Virus record (IMG/VR): IMGVR_UViG_3300036770_008730
Origin: a virus
Taxonomy: Duplodnaviria > Caudoviricetes
DNA length: 64,000 bases
Reading direction: 5' to 3' (one strand)
Positions 1-9,248 of this stretch are shown here, piece after piece. Each line of letters opens with the position of its first letter. Positions within the stretch are counted from its first letter, which is position 1. A program made the translations under genes and the position numbers. Under the pieces are notes generated by a model, which had not been told where the DNA came from, did no database searches, and worked only from the letters and a program-made list of their open reading frames with translations.

Positions 1-55
1 CTATTTCCAGTTATTTACCTAACTTCTTATATAATATATAAAATACTTGATAAAC

Positions 56-343
56 ATGTCTATTGAAAAAGTAAAAATATCCAGAACATTAGTAGTGAAT
101 TCACCTATTCATCTTTGGAAATTAATTAAGACGAAGGATGAAATATTGCAATTAAATTCACATCTAAATATATTTTGTTACTATGTTGATAAATATTTAA
201 ATGGATGTAGGTGTGATGATGAATCAAATAAAGAAACCATAAACAATGAATATCAGATAATTAAAAACACATCGACCTTAGTGGAGTTTATCAAAACTCA
301 ATTTAATTGTAATACAGTTATTTTTAATGATAATGATTGGTAA
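56..343 (+). CDS. hypothetical protein
   Basis: Open frame; ATG at 56 preferred over TTG at 47; TAATATATA at 32-40 upstream, terminator downstream. Confidence 0.6.
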   Translation: MSIEKVKISRTLVVNSPIHLWKLIKTKDEILQLNSHLNIFCYYVDKYLNGCRCDDESNKETINNEYQIIKNTSTLVEFIKTQFNCNTVIFNDNDW

Positions 344-346
344 TAA

Positions 347-373
347 AAAACCCATACTTTAAGTATGGGTTTT
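347..373. terminator. bidirectional intrinsic terminator
   Basis: aaaacccatact-tta-agtatgggtttt hairpin between convergent ORFs, with A/T tracts on both sides. Confidence 0.8.
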
Positions 374-377
374 ATTT

Positions 378-794
378 TTAGTTAGCCTCTACGACTTCGA
401 TGTCAAAAACTAGTTCTTCTCCTGCCAGTGGATGGTTTCCATCAACCACCACATGATCTTCGTAAACTTCAGTCACTAAAACTTGAACTGGTTGATTATC
501 ATCAGCGACCGCTTGTAATGTTTGACCAACCTGAACAGGTCCAGGTAGTTTGTCTAATGGAACTTTAACAATAAGCTCTTCTCTTACAGAGCCATAGGCT
601 TCTTCTGGTTTGATGTTTATTGTTACTAAATCGCCAACTTTTTTTCCAATTAAAGCATTTTCAAATCCTGGAATGATTTGACCAGCCCCAATCTGGAAAT
701 AAAGAGGGTCTTTACCTGATGATGTATCAAAAACATCGCCATTTGTAAATCTTCCGGTGTAGTGTACTTTAACTGTACTTCCTTGTTGAATCAT
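378..794 (-). CDS. FKBP-type peptidyl-prolyl isomerase (SlyD/SlpA-like, no His-rich tail)
   Basis: VKVHYTGRF..G.VFDTS, GAGQIIPGFENAL, PEEAYG, VDGNHPLAGEEL.FDIEV. Confidence 0.92.
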   Translation of the reverse strand: MIQQGSTVKVHYTGRFTNGDVFDTSSGKDPLYFQIGAGQIIPGFENALIGKKVGDLVTINIKPEEAYGSVREELIVKVPLDKLPGPVQVGQTLQAVADDNQPVQVLVTEVYEDHVVVDGNHPLAGEELVFDIEVVEAN

Positions 795-836
795 GATATT
801 TGTTTTTCTTTATTATAGATAAATAAAATTGAAAGT

Positions 837-1112
837 TTAATAGGAAGCTTCTATCTCAACTATTTTATTGGTTGAGTTTGACTTTTCTGAAATTCCTTTT
901 ATTCTTAATGTATGGTGATTTGGAAGCTTTACTGATGTGTCATAATACCATTTGTTACCAACCTTATATTGAAAGGAGTTACCAAGGAAATCATCTATAT
1001 CCCATTCTGTAGAATTAATTGGCACATCAATATTAATGATGTAAGTTTGTGGATTAGTTTTTAATCCACTTAAAAAAAGTTTTTTTAGTTCTTTGAATTT
1101 CAACATATCCAT
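837..1112 (-). CDS. hypothetical protein
   Basis: Open frame co-oriented with neighbours. Confidence 0.5.
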   Translation of the reverse strand: MDMLKFKELKKLFLSGLKTNPQTYIINIDVPINSTEWDIDDFLGNSFQYKVGNKWYYDTSVKLPNHHTLRIKGISEKSNSTNKIVEIEASY

Positions 1113-1644
1113 CAGGGTTAAATTGTTCTTTAGTTAGGTTACAAGTAAATTGATGTCCTTTATACTTGGCTATAAGTCCAGGATAAGACATCGAACTTCC
1201 ATTAAATTGTATATCTTTATGATCGGTAAGTTGTGATGCGGAAACTTTTATATTTAATTCCTCTTTAATTCCTCTTACACCAGCCACAGATGGTGATTCT
1301 CCAAATTTCATTTTCTCTGAAACAGAAGACAACATCTTTCTTTTTCTTACCCTACCATCATTGAATTCTTGTCTATCCTCAATGAGATGATAAATATTTT
1401 CTTCCTCATCTTTATAGAAAACTTCTACCCCAACAAATTCAATAATTCTATGAAGTGATTCTCCATTCTCTATTAACTGACATTCATTATTCACTAACTC
1501 CTCATATAGATCTTGTAAGTCTTTAGCCTTACCGGTTCCCCAACTTGAAATAGGTATTGAAAATTTTCGCAAGTAATTCTCTAGTTCCTCTACTGACTGA
1601 AAATCTTTTGATTTAAAGTCTTCAAATAGTTTTATAAAACGCAT
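1054..1644 (-). CDS. Nudix-like hydrolase
   Basis: Variant Nudix box GESPSVAGVRGIKEELNI; N-terminus MRFIKLFEDF. Confidence 0.6.
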   Translation of the reverse strand: MRFIKLFEDFKSKDFQSVEELENYLRKFSIPISSWGTGKAKDLQDLYEELVNNECQLIENGESLHRIIEFVGVEVFYKDEEENIYHLIEDRQEFNDGRVRKRKMLSSVSEKMKFGESPSVAGVRGIKEELNIKVSASQLTDHKDIQFNGSSMSYPGLIAKYKGHQFTCNLTKEQFNPDGYVEIQRTKKTFFKWIKN

Positions 1645-1648
1645 AGCA

Positions 1649-1658
1649 TATATATTAA
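1649..1658 (-). promoter_or_regulatory. putative late promoter TTAATATATA
   Basis: Recurrent motif 4 nt upstream of ATG at 1644. Confidence 0.55.
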
Positions 1659-1686
1659 ACTTATCATATTATTATTTAATAATAGT

Positions 1687-2370
1687 ATGAGGGAATCTTT
1701 CACTGAGTATAAAAAAACAATTGAATTAAATGTGATTAATTGTTCTTTCATATATGCCGGTGATGTTATTAACTCTAAAGATGAGTCTTTTCAACAAATA
1801 AAAAATACACCACTAACATCTCCTTCTTTCATAAGAAATTGTATCATTGACATCTATAACAAAAGTTTTCAAGAATTAATTTTAAGAGCCAAAGAGTTTG
1901 TTATAGCAGAAGAGTCATTAGTTGATAATGAGTTTTATAAATCCGACCTCTTAACAAAGATTAGAAATTTAGGAATTGATAATCATTATTGGTTTTTAAG
2001 TGAAAAGAAATCTTTTTTAATTGACACATTTTCAAATCAAACAGATAGAATTATGCCCAATTACTTTTATGAATCAAAAAAGTATGATGGGTTGAACTTA
2101 GATGTTTTGCACTGTCCACTTATTGTGGAAGATGAAGGCGAGACGATTGTTTATGTTACTGACAGACCAATTCAGAGTTTATGTTATGTAATTCAAAATA
2201 TGGACTACACAATAACTAAATGTGAAGAAGATGTTAAAGAACCACATCTAATGACATGGAAACATGAAATAAAATATCCTTTTTATAATTGCGATTATAA
2301 CTCATATAAAATTATTATCAAAAATATATCTCAGATTAGAAATCAAAAAATAAATGAATTACTTAAATGA
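1687..2370 (+). CDS. hypothetical protein with C-terminal RNQKINELL motif
   Basis: 227-aa ORF, ATGA overlap with next gene. Confidence 0.65.
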   Translation: MRESFTEYKKTIELNVINCSFIYAGDVINSKDESFQQIKNTPLTSPSFIRNCIIDIYNKSFQELILRAKEFVIAEESLVDNEFYKSDLLTKIRNLGIDNHYWFLSEKKSFLIDTFSNQTDRIMPNYFYESKKYDGLNLDVLHCPLIVEDEGETIVYVTDRPIQSLCYVIQNMDYTITKCEEDVKEPHLMTWKHEIKYPFYNCDYNSYKIIIKNISQIRNQKINELLK

Positions 2371-2744
2371 CAATTGATCTAAATGATATACCAATTGGAG
2401 TTGCTGAATCTCAATACCAACTAGATATATTAAAGTCTGGAAAAATTTATAAAGAATTACTTAAAATGAGTGAAAAAAAATATACTTGTATTATAGTTTC
2501 AATGCCGGTTTATAATGTTTTGGTGCACCATGATAAGTTTTATCAGAACCCATTCGATTCAATAGAATCAACTACTGAAGTGGGTATATTCTGTGGATAT
2601 AAAGTTTTTTTGGACCTGACTCTACAAGAAAATTTGATTCAACTCACTTATGATTTTCAAGAGAAGAGAGATAATGTTTTAGATAATCTTCTAGAAAATG
2701 AGGAAATAAAAAAAGACCTTAAAATTAAGGTCTTAAATTGTTAA
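2367..2744 (+). CDS. hypothetical protein
   Basis: 125-aa ORF coupled to previous gene; KRDNVLDNLL motif. Confidence 0.6.
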   Translation: MTIDLNDIPIGVAESQYQLDILKSGKIYKELLKMSEKKYTCIIVSMPVYNVLVHHDKFYQNPFDSIESTTEVGIFCGYKVFLDLTLQENLIQLTYDFQEKRDNVLDNLLENEEIKKDLKIKVLNC

Positions 2745-4236
2745 ATTTTTTGAAGTTTATAACTTTCTTTTCCGTTGTTGGTTTTATCACTTTACCATAT
2801 GGATCAAGTTTAGTCACCTGTTCTGTTGGAATAACCTTATAATCTTCTGGTTTATCTTGTTCTCTACTTTCACCCGCTTCGCCCCAAACCGTTTGTATAG
2901 GAAAATTAACACCTGAAAGATCGGTTATGATTTTATTTTTAAACATATCGATGAATCTAACTCCTTCAAAACCTTTACTGTTACATGTACCAAATATATT
3001 TGAAATAGAACCAATTCCACCGTGGCCTCCTGAAACAGTAATTTCATCTTGTCCGATTGAAGTATCTGGATCATAATAACCTAAATGCTGTTGGAAATTT
3101 TTTAATAACTCTGTCATATAAACTCCCAAATCATCAACTGTTTTACCATTCTTTAACACCGGTAGATTCTGAGTCTCAGTCATAGGTTTATAAGAACAAA
3201 CTTGAAGTGTTCCTCCATATTGGAGTAGAATAAATTTAGGTTCTTTTGATAATAGTCCGTTTTTGAAATCTGTTTCAATTATAGAACGAGCTCTTAACGC
3301 ATTAGCCCAAGTTCCAGTAGGAACAAATGCTAAATCACCAATCATTGTATAACCATCTAATCTAATTTTACCAGCTGATAAAAAGTCATTCATAAAGTCT
3401 TGATGTGATTGATAGTTCTTTTTAGCTCCACCTAACTTTCCTCTTGTTTTTTGTTGCATTTGATTCAATCTCCATTCGGAGTCAGAAATAAAGTCTTTTG
3501 ATTGACCTTTCATAGGTCCTGATGGAAACACATTATGTTCACCGTAAACAGTTTTCATCACATTGAAAATTGAATATATTGATGCATCTTTACAATTGTG
3601 AATAACTGATATAAGTGTTTGATGATCAGCTCTTTTTAAGAATTGATTAAAAGCTGCTGCGAATTCAAGTCTTTTATTTGGAGATTTTTTAATTTCAGAT
3701 AAATCAAAATCTAAAAGTCTTGACCAACTAACATTGTATTGTTGATACTTTGCAGCATCAATCATATCTATTACAGACAGAACTAACTCATCTTGTGGGA
3801 CTCCAAGTGATTGACAAATCGCTTCATAAGCTGAAGCTGTTTTTTTCTTTTGAACTGGAGAAGATTTATATTTCTCTAAATCTTCAGCACTGAATGATCC
3901 GTGATGATCTAAGTAATAGTCGATATATTGGTCTCTTTCATCACCTGGCATACTTGCAAAATCTACCACAACATTTATGAGTTTAGGATCTACTGATGTG
4001 TATTTCCAACCATCCATATAATTTAAGATACCATATTTCTCTATTGTAAAACCTTTATTAAGAAGATACTTCTTAACTTCGATTGCTGAAAAAATTCCAT
4101 CCATATCATCATGTGTATATAGAGCTACGACTTTTCCTTTTTTTCCTTTTCTCATCCAATATTCTTGATCTACTGGAAGTCTTGGTGATGCCTCTTCGTT
4201 GAGAGGCATAAAATTATTGAAGTTTCTTATTTTCAT
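2725..4236 (-). CDS. DHH-family phosphoesterase
   Basis: HDDMDGIFSA (motif I), VVVDF (II), LDHHG (DHH), C-terminal SGGHGG (DHHA1-like). Confidence 0.75.
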   Translation of the reverse strand: MKIRNFNNFMPLNEEASPRLPVDQEYWMRKGKKGKVVALYTHDDMDGIFSAIEVKKYLLNKGFTIEKYGILNYMDGWKYTSVDPKLINVVVDFASMPGDERDQYIDYYLDHHGSFSAEDLEKYKSSPVQKKKTASAYEAICQSLGVPQDELVLSVIDMIDAAKYQQYNVSWSRLLDFDLSEIKKSPNKRLEFAAAFNQFLKRADHQTLISVIHNCKDASIYSIFNVMKTVYGEHNVFPSGPMKGQSKDFISDSEWRLNQMQQKTRGKLGGAKKNYQSHQDFMNDFLSAGKIRLDGYTMIGDLAFVPTGTWANALRARSIIETDFKNGLLSKEPKFILLQYGGTLQVCSYKPMTETQNLPVLKNGKTVDDLGVYMTELLKNFQQHLGYYDPDTSIGQDEITVSGGHGGIGSISNIFGTCNSKGFEGVRFIDMFKNKIITDLSGVNFPIQTVWGEAGESREQDKPEDYKVIPTEQVTKLDPYGKVIKPTTEKKVINFKKFNNLRP

Positions 4237-4239
4237 ATC

Positions 4240-4644
4240 TTATATATTAATTTTACAGATGGAAATATTTATATGGTCAAGTTCTTTTCTAATATGATTT
4301 ATTTTCCAACCATAATCTTTCAATCTTAAACTTGATATGTTGATAATATCATTGAATTCATCTGAGTCAACTAATTGCTCTAAATCAAATTCCACCATTC
4401 TTTGACTCATATTTTGGTAATTCTTCTTTCCAATATTTACTGATATATATGGTTCTAAATCAAATTTTAAATTTGAATAATCTGATGACTTTGTTATAAG
4501 TTTTTCTGTGAATTTTACATTTATATAGTAATCTTTTTCTTCTAAATCATAAAACATATCCTTTATATCCTCAGGATAAAGACCATATTTTTCGAGATAA
4601 TCTATCTCTTCATTATTCTCAAAGAATGGTTTTAGATATTTCAT
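4240..4644 (-). CDS. hypothetical protein
   Basis: 134-aa ORF, N-terminus MKYLKPFFEN. Confidence 0.65.
   Translation of the reverse strand: MKYLKPFFENNEEIDYLEKYGLYPEDIKDMFYDLEEKDYYINVKFTEKLITKSSDYSNLKFDLEPYISVNIGKKNYQNMSQRMVEFDLEQLVDSDEFNDIINISSLRLKDYGWKINHIRKELDHINISICKINI
4241..4250 (-). promoter_or_regulatory. putative late promoter TTAATATATA
   Basis: Motif 4 nt upstream of ATG at 4236. Confidence 0.55.
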
Positions 4645-6032
4645 TTTTTTGGTATAAATTTTCCGTAACCTTTCATCACTCCTTTATCGGTTCCTTTCTG
4701 ACCTTCTTCCTCAAATTTAGTATCAAAGAAATTATCATTATCTGTTACTACTTTAACATCACTATCCATAGATGCATAAGGTCCTAATTTACCACTTCTA
4801 AATACACCACCAAACATATCACCGTTAAGATATCCATCCATGAAATAGCAAGAATGCAATTGACTATCTTCAACCCTACAGTTAAGAACTTTAGAATTTT
4901 GAACATCGGTAAATTTTAACTTACATTTGGTTAGTTGTGAATTATCAATTTCTGAACCAACTATAAAACAATCTTCTAATATACCTTCCACTTTGCAGTT
5001 TATTAACTCTACTGATTTTAGTGTTGAATTTGTTTTAATTTGAGCATCCACTAATTCTATTGTTTGTGTATTGGTAACATAATTTATCATACACTCTTTT
5101 AAAGAATCAACAGAGTCAATTATATTGAACAAATTAGTAAAAATTTTACTATAATATGCGGATACAACATCATAATTACTATTCTGATCTATTTGAATTT
5201 GAACATTTGGAAAATCAATTATAAAGTTATCATATTTAGAAAAGTTTTTAAAAGTAGATATATTTGTTTCCAAATACTCTTCAAGTTTATTTATATCCTC
5301 TGAATTGAATCCTACATCTATACAATCATGTAGAGTTATAATAAATCTGTCTAAGAAATAAATAAGTTGACCAATATTTTTCTCATAGTCCTTACCACCT
5401 ATGTACCTAAATTCTAGCCTTTGTGAATTTTTATCATTGTTTATATGAAGAAAGTTTATACCATAATATTTGTCTGATGGTAGCCTTAGATTATTTTTTA
5501 CTACCTCAACTGGTATGTTGAAAAAGTCATATTCTTTATATGGAATTATCTTTTTAACTGTTTTAGCATAAACATTATTTTTTCTTGATGGAAAAACTCT
5601 GTAAATTTCATTTTCATCTATATTTAAAATCAATTTTAATACATTTAAATCATTAAGGTTTTTTTCTCCATCAAATGATATATTAAAATGTATCGATGAT
5701 TTTTCATTTGTATATCCATAGTTTTGGATAAATTTTATAATTTTTACCAAATAATATTTTGCATCGAAGTAGTTTAATGGACCAGTTACTAACTCAACCA
5801 TATTAGAACCACCTGATAAATCCGGTTCTATTTTGAAGTTTTTAGAATCAGGTGTCATATCCGAGTGGTATTGCCTAAACCCCCAGACCTTTACAGGATT
5901 CAGTTCTTGATTTAGCAATTCGAGTGTTTTATAGAAAGATAGTTCTTTCAGGTAAAATTCGAACTCAAATCCTATTTTTGAATTTTTTAATTTATTGGTT
6001 TGATTGAGAAACTTCTCAGAATATTTTTCCAT
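4641..6032 (-). CDS. putative amidoligase (COOH-NH2 ligase type) with C-terminal beta-repeat region
   Basis: IGFEFEF, IEPDLSGG, ELVTGP, SIHFNIS, KYYGINF, RLEFRYIGG; start revised to ATG 6032, just after TTAATATATA (6038-6047). Confidence 0.7.
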   Translation of the reverse strand: MEKYSEKFLNQTNKLKNSKIGFEFEFYLKELSFYKTLELLNQELNPVKVWGFRQYHSDMTPDSKNFKIEPDLSGGSNMVELVTGPLNYFDAKYYLVKIIKFIQNYGYTNEKSSIHFNISFDGEKNLNDLNVLKLILNIDENEIYRVFPSRKNNVYAKTVKKIIPYKEYDFFNIPVEVVKNNLRLPSDKYYGINFLHINNDKNSQRLEFRYIGGKDYEKNIGQLIYFLDRFIITLHDCIDVGFNSEDINKLEEYLETNISTFKNFSKYDNFIIDFPNVQIQIDQNSNYDVVSAYYSKIFTNLFNIIDSVDSLKECMINYVTNTQTIELVDAQIKTNSTLKSVELINCKVEGILEDCFIVGSEIDNSQLTKCKLKFTDVQNSKVLNCRVEDSQLHSCYFMDGYLNGDMFGGVFRSGKLGPYASMDSDVKVVTDNDNFFDTKFEEEGQKGTDKGVMKGYGKFIPKK

Positions 6033-6169
6033 GTCTTTATATATTAAAAATCTATTTTTAAAACCTAAATACAACAAATACTTGAGGAGGTAGATTTGTT
6101 TTTATATATAATTTCAATTATGATAGGTAATAAATTAGTGGACATTCCACAGATAAGTAATTGAAATTA

Positions 6170-6559
6170 ATGGAGTTCTTCTGTGTATATTGCAAAACCC
6201 GTAAGAAATTTGATAAGTTTGTCAAAGTCAATCGTATTAAGAATAAGTATATTATTGATTTGAAAAAAATAATGGACGAAGAAGAAATAAATTTTTCCAA
6301 TGATAAGACTTATTTGAAAATTTTAGTTTTTAATAAAATACAACAAGCTATAGATAAAAAGAAAGATATTTATTACATTCCTGATTTCGATAATGAATTT
6401 TCGATAGAAAAATTACTCAACTTGAAAAAAATACTTGCTGAGAATAATTTTAATGTTTTAATTTTTTATAATGAATTTAGAAAAAGTCCAGAAGTAATTG
6501 ATGATGTTTTTTCAAATCTGTCGAAATTTTCCAACTCGCAAATAATAAGAGATTACTAA
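6170..6559 (+). CDS. hypothetical protein
   Basis: Open frame; ATG 6170 preferred over TTG 6161. Confidence 0.6.
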   Translation: MEFFCVYCKTRKKFDKFVKVNRIKNKYIIDLKKIMDEEEINFSNDKTYLKILVFNKIQQAIDKKKDIYYIPDFDNEFSIEKLLNLKKILAENNFNVLIFYNEFRKSPEVIDDVFSNLSKFSNSQIIRDY

Positions 6560-6563
6560 CCTT

Positions 6564-6573
6564 TTAATATATA
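6564..6573 (+). promoter_or_regulatory. putative late promoter TTAATATATA
   Basis: Motif upstream of the baseplate cluster start (6599). Confidence 0.55.
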
Positions 6574-6598
6574 GCTGTATAAAAATTATAATTAAAAA

Positions 6599-8710
6599 AT
6601 GGCTATTTTAGGTGGATCACCACTCGGTCTTATTGGTTCTAGAAGTAGACCAGAAACTTCCGGTAAATCTAGTTTTCCATTTGATGGTGCATCAATAGGG
6701 GTTCAAAGATATAATCAGTCTAATGACGTTTTCAGAACCTATACTCCCAGTAAAACTGTAAAAGATAATAAAGAAGAAAGATTCGAACCAAGCGCCCCAG
6801 GGCCACAAAATAAGTCAAGTATTTCTATATTTTCAAGTACTACTAGACCAAATAGGTTCACACCATTTCCAAATTTTGATAAAAAAGCCGCACCAAAAGA
6901 TGATCTTCCAAATATATCCGAAAATGGACTTTCACCATCAAGATTACATAGAGATGATCTATATGATACAAGTATATTGAATATATTAAATCAACTTAGA
7001 GGAACAAGAGCTGAATTAAGAGCCTCACACTTTGCTTATCTTAAAAATGTTGGTGTTTTTCCAAATAACAGACTCATGATAGCTCGAAGGTTTGAGTCAT
7101 CGGGAGCTTCTGTAACAAATATACTCAGAAAGGGTTCACCTGCTATGTCAGTTATGATTAGTTGGGTTCCACAAGACGCAGACTTTTTTACAATAGGATT
7201 TGGAGAGGAGTGGATGGCTGCTGAAGTTGATTTTACAGCAGTATTGAATGATTTGGGTAATGATTTCACCAAAGCATCAGGATTAGGAGATAAAATGGGT
7301 GGTGGATTAGGAGTAATACCTTTACCTGGATTCACAGAGACAATACAGAGATATGTGTTGGAGAAAATGGGTATAATGAGTGATGGATCATCTTCTTTTA
7401 TACCAGCTGGTGAACCAAATCTTATTAAGGAGGCGAAAAGAAGGAAGACCATTGGGTATAGTGAGGCCGGATCTGGTCTCAAAGCTAGCTTTACAGTTAA
7501 AATGACTTGTGAGTGGGAACAAAAATTTATTTCTGGATTAGATCCAACTATAGTTTGGTTAGATATTGTTCAACAATGTTTGAGATTTGGAACTTCAAAT
7601 AGTGTTACTTATGGTTTGTCCGGTGGATTTGAAGCTAAGATTATGAGATATGTTAATAATCCTATGTTGATGCTTTATGATTTAATAGACGCGATAAAAT
7701 CAGGCATTAATAAAATAAAGGCTGAGATTAAAAAATTATTTGATAAAGCAATTGCTGCAGTTGGTCCAAAACCGGAAACCCCAAAAGAACAACAGGAATC
7801 TAATGCTAAAGCGGAAGCTGAAGCCGAGAAAAAAAGTTTAAACGAAAAAATGGCAGATATTTTTTCTACATTAGAGGCTGGAGCGACAGCATTGTTAAAA
7901 AGAATTATTGGTAAATATAAAGTTAGAATTGAAGGTATATTACATGCACTTGTAGGGTCTCCTTCTGGTCCTTGGCACATAACAATAGGAAATCCTATGA
8001 GGCCGGTCTTTTCTTCAGGTGATATGGTTATTAGTGATATGGTAAATCTTACATTTGGTTCAACTTTAGCATTTAATGATTTGCCATCAACCATAAAAGC
8101 TGAATTCACATTGACTCCTGCGAGAAATCTAGGTCTACAAGAGATTTTTGCCAGATTTAATAGTGGTCATGTCAGATCAGTTCTTGCTTACCCCACTCAA
8201 GCAGAGAAGGAAACCTTCGCAAAGGCACTTGGGATAGATGTTGAAGGTGACTCATATACTCCCGATCCAGATCGATCAAGTCAGGCAAATCAAGATCAAC
8301 AGGAGTCAGCATCTGCTAAACTCAATAAGTCAGTTGATGATAAAATAAATGAATACTATGGAAATCCACCAAAGGATAACCCACCGCCATATTATGGACC
8401 AAGTTCGCAATTGAATTACAGAGATGAGTCTCCTTCGAGAGCAAATGGTCAAAGTTCACCTGATAAAAATACAAATACTAACGTATCAAATAGTCAGGCT
8501 GAAACAACCACAACAACAACCACCGTTGCTCCATCAGCAACAACGACTACTACAACTGTTAATCCAAACTCTCTAAATCCAAAACAAGAAGAGACTAAGA
8601 CAAAGTTTAGTATGGTACAAAACAACACTACCAATTCGGATGCAAATGGACCAACATTCAATGAATCAACTTCTACACTTGGTCCAAAAAAAGCTGATGG
8701 TAGTTTTTAA
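6599..8710 (+). CDS. probable baseplate/tail-tube-junction structural protein
   Basis: 703 aa, first gene of cluster containing gp53- and gp5-like genes; IGNPMRPVF..GDM...F...LAFNDLP core; Thr-rich C-terminal linker. Confidence 0.45.
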   Translation: MAILGGSPLGLIGSRSRPETSGKSSFPFDGASIGVQRYNQSNDVFRTYTPSKTVKDNKEERFEPSAPGPQNKSSISIFSSTTRPNRFTPFPNFDKKAAPKDDLPNISENGLSPSRLHRDDLYDTSILNILNQLRGTRAELRASHFAYLKNVGVFPNNRLMIARRFESSGASVTNILRKGSPAMSVMISWVPQDADFFTIGFGEEWMAAEVDFTAVLNDLGNDFTKASGLGDKMGGGLGVIPLPGFTETIQRYVLEKMGIMSDGSSSFIPAGEPNLIKEAKRRKTIGYSEAGSGLKASFTVKMTCEWEQKFISGLDPTIVWLDIVQQCLRFGTSNSVTYGLSGGFEAKIMRYVNNPMLMLYDLIDAIKSGINKIKAEIKKLFDKAIAAVGPKPETPKEQQESNAKAEAEAEKKSLNEKMADIFSTLEAGATALLKRIIGKYKVRIEGILHALVGSPSGPWHITIGNPMRPVFSSGDMVISDMVNLTFGSTLAFNDLPSTIKAEFTLTPARNLGLQEIFARFNSGHVRSVLAYPTQAEKETFAKALGIDVEGDSYTPDPDRSSQANQDQQESASAKLNKSVDDKINEYYGNPPKDNPPPYYGPSSQLNYRDESPSRANGQSSPDKNTNTNVSNSQAETTTTTTTVAPSATTTTTTVNPNSLNPKQEETKTKFSMVQNNTTNSDANGPTFNESTSTLGPKKADGSF

Positions 8711-8725
8711 AAAAATTAAAAAGTT

Positions 8726-9238
8726 ATGGTAGATATAAAATCAGTATATTTTGGATTCTTTGACAGGAATAGTGGTACACACAAAGGTCAGGAGATGTCA
8801 CCTAGAATAAAACCTACTTTCTCAATAGAAAGTGGTGATTTATGGTTACAGTATAGGGTTTTGGAATGGCAAGAGATGAGAATAGACTTAGTATTAATTT
8901 CTATGTATGGTGAGATTCCTAATGCGATGGATGCTGTAGATATTATTTTAGCAATAAATGGTATTGATAATCCACTGAACATAAAAGCCGGGATGATTCT
9001 TATTTATCCAAATAATATTGATAATATAGATGATTTCAGATATCAAGATCAGTCTATAAAAGAAGAAAGACAGAACCCACTTGAATTGCTTGGTAAGGCA
9101 AACAAAAACACAAGAGTTGATGAAAAGAGAAAAGCATTTGTTCAGAATGGATACTCTTTACCACCAACAGTTAACAAAAATCCAATTAGTCCTGTGAGAG
9201 TAGAGTCTGGAAATTTTATAGCAGGAGGAGTAAAATAA
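8726..9238 (+). CDS. baseplate wedge gp53-like / LysM-like protein
   Basis: ILAINGIDNPLNIKAGMILIYP LysM-type signature; position before gp5-like gene. Confidence 0.65.
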   Translation: MVDIKSVYFGFFDRNSGTHKGQEMSPRIKPTFSIESGDLWLQYRVLEWQEMRIDLVLISMYGEIPNAMDAVDIILAINGIDNPLNIKAGMILIYPNNIDNIDDFRYQDQSIKEERQNPLELLGKANKNTRVDEKRKAFVQNGYSLPPTVNKNPISPVRVESGNFIAGGVK

Positions 9239-9248
9239 TTAAAAATAT

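Noticed and set aside
6118-8982. Antisense ORFs 6118..6300, 7036..7482, 7675..8109, 8788..8982
   Set aside because: Fully overlap longer plus-strand genes; no recognisable features
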